DNA of 64,000 nt from IMG/VR virus record IMGVR_UViG_3300045988_125866; one strand, written 5' to 3'. The notes below the pieces were generated by a model. That model saw only the letters and a program-made list of their open reading frames with translations, was not told the origin of the DNA and made no database searches. The stretch comes from a virus. Positions 63,121-64,000 of the stretch are shown here, one piece after another. Positions within the stretch are counted from its first letter, which is position 1. Each line of letters begins with the position of its first letter. The position numbers and the translations under genes are program-made.

Positions 63121-63333
63121 CTACAAACATTTAAATGAAACACTATTCAACGTCCTGTTCACCGCAATCTCCCTCTCGTTACACATGGTCCTCATGCGCT
63201 CCAGGACATCCTCGCGAATGGTTGTAATAATCTCCTGCATTGAAGCGGTGGCGGGAACCATATTCTTCTCGGCCTTAAGATTCGTGATACGGGAGATAAC
63301 CTCCTTGACATATTCCTTGTCTATCATATTCAT
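63121..63333 (-). CDS. hypothetical protein
   Basis: 70-aa ORF. Confidence 0.4.
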   Translation of the reverse strand: MNMIDKEYVKEVISRITNLKAEKNMVPATASMQEIITTIREDVLERMRTMCNEREIAVNRTLNSVSFKCL

Positions 63334-63341
63334 ATAGATAT

Positions 63342-64000
63342 TTAATCGTCGCCTTTGATAAAGCTCTCGGGCTCATCGTTGTCCTCCTCGCCCTTACAGA
63401 CCTCATTGATGAGGATGTCCTGCTTCAGGTCCGCCTCCGTGACACCAAACATCTGATAGGCATTGCCCTCCTTCGTGCGCTTCTTGAAGAAGCCATATTT
63501 GGCCCACATATCCCTACCAAACTTGTTCATTGACGGAATATCCTTCTCGTCAACGTCGTTGATAACACAAAACCTGCGCATACTGTCATAAAGCATGGTA
63601 GAGTTAAGAAGACATGAAATCTCTCCCTTAGCCTGAGCATCGCTCCTTATTCCGTAAGCACGAATCCAGGCGTATATGGGTTGAGAGCCCAGAAGGGACA
63701 GGAGAAGCTGTTTGGCACTTCCTTCGGCGGCAGGAAAACGGTACTTACGCTTCCTCAACTCCTGCGCACCCCGCATGACCCAGTTGAACACTCCACTAAG
63801 CTCCCTCCTTATAATCTTACTCGAAAGCTCCGGGTCCTGACGTTCCTTGGGTACGGTAACATCAAAGCTTACATACTGTAAACGTCTGATAAAGCCAAGC
63901 GACGCGTCCTCTGGGAACGGAAGCTCGTTGAGGTTAAAGATGAGGTACGGGATATTGTTGGCCTCAAGAACATTCCTGCCAAGCTCTCGCATAGGGACAG
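63342..64000 (-). CDS. P4/D5-family primase-helicase, C-terminal part (truncated by window edge)
   Basis: The frame is open to the window end. SGVFNWVMRGAQELRKRKYRFPAAEGSAKQ matches the C-terminal domain signature of phage/plasmid P4-type primases. Confidence 0.6.
   Translation of the reverse strand, partial: VPMRELGRNVLEANNIPYLIFNLNELPFPEDASLGFIRRLQYVSFDVTVPKERQDPELSSKIIRRELSGVFNWVMRGAQELRKRKYRFPAAEGSAKQLLLSLLGSQPIYAWIRAYGIRSDAQAKGEISCLLNSTMLYDSMRRFCVINDVDEKDIPSMNKFGRDMWAKYGFFKKRTKEGNAYQMFGVTEADLKQDILINEVCKGEEDNDEPESFIKGDD

Overview
The window looks like one contiguous temperate siphovirus-type phage or prophage genome. The host is probably a Bacteroidota (Bacteroides/Prevotella-like) bacterium: TTTG/TAnnTTTG promoter boxes recur, the tyrosine integrase is Bacteroidota-type, and the SSB is DUF3127-type. 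No host backbone or att junction could be identified. All calls come from manual motif and structure reading; no database search was possible.

Layout:
- 178-3694 (+): antirepressor-like gene, then a long ORF-free structured region, then an RNase HI / small membrane protein / SPFH lipoprotein operon.
- 3744-5663 (-): integrase and CI-like repressor.
- 5926-24459 (+): early genes. These include Rha/KilAC, an Xis-like HTH, two tRNAs separated by about 540 nt of structured noncoding DNA, DUF1064, a YqaJ exonuclease with annealing-protein candidate and SSB, a methyltransferase, a PAPS-reductase-like protein, a DUF2829/Tad2-like protein, ASCH and MazG.
- 24632-55352 (-): lysis cassette, unknown accessory block, a complete DGR, a 2109-aa tail fibre, a 2298-aa tape measure, frameshifted tail chaperones, and tail and head genes.
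- 55496-60184 (+): terminase, portal, MuF-like and TerS-like genes.
- 60379-64000 (-): further early genes, ending in a truncated P4/D5-type primase.

The clearest special system is the diversity-generating retroelement (target-avd-TR-RT, 31667-35493), which shows an adenine-specific TR/VR mismatch pattern.

The least explained, and possibly novel, items are:
- a roughly 385-nt highly structured promoter-driven RNA candidate upstream of the RNase HI-SPFH operon;
- a roughly 55-bp inverted-repeat element heading both transcription units of the integrase/RNase H block;
- the structured noncoding region between the two phage tRNAs, which includes a tRNA-like element ending in CCA.
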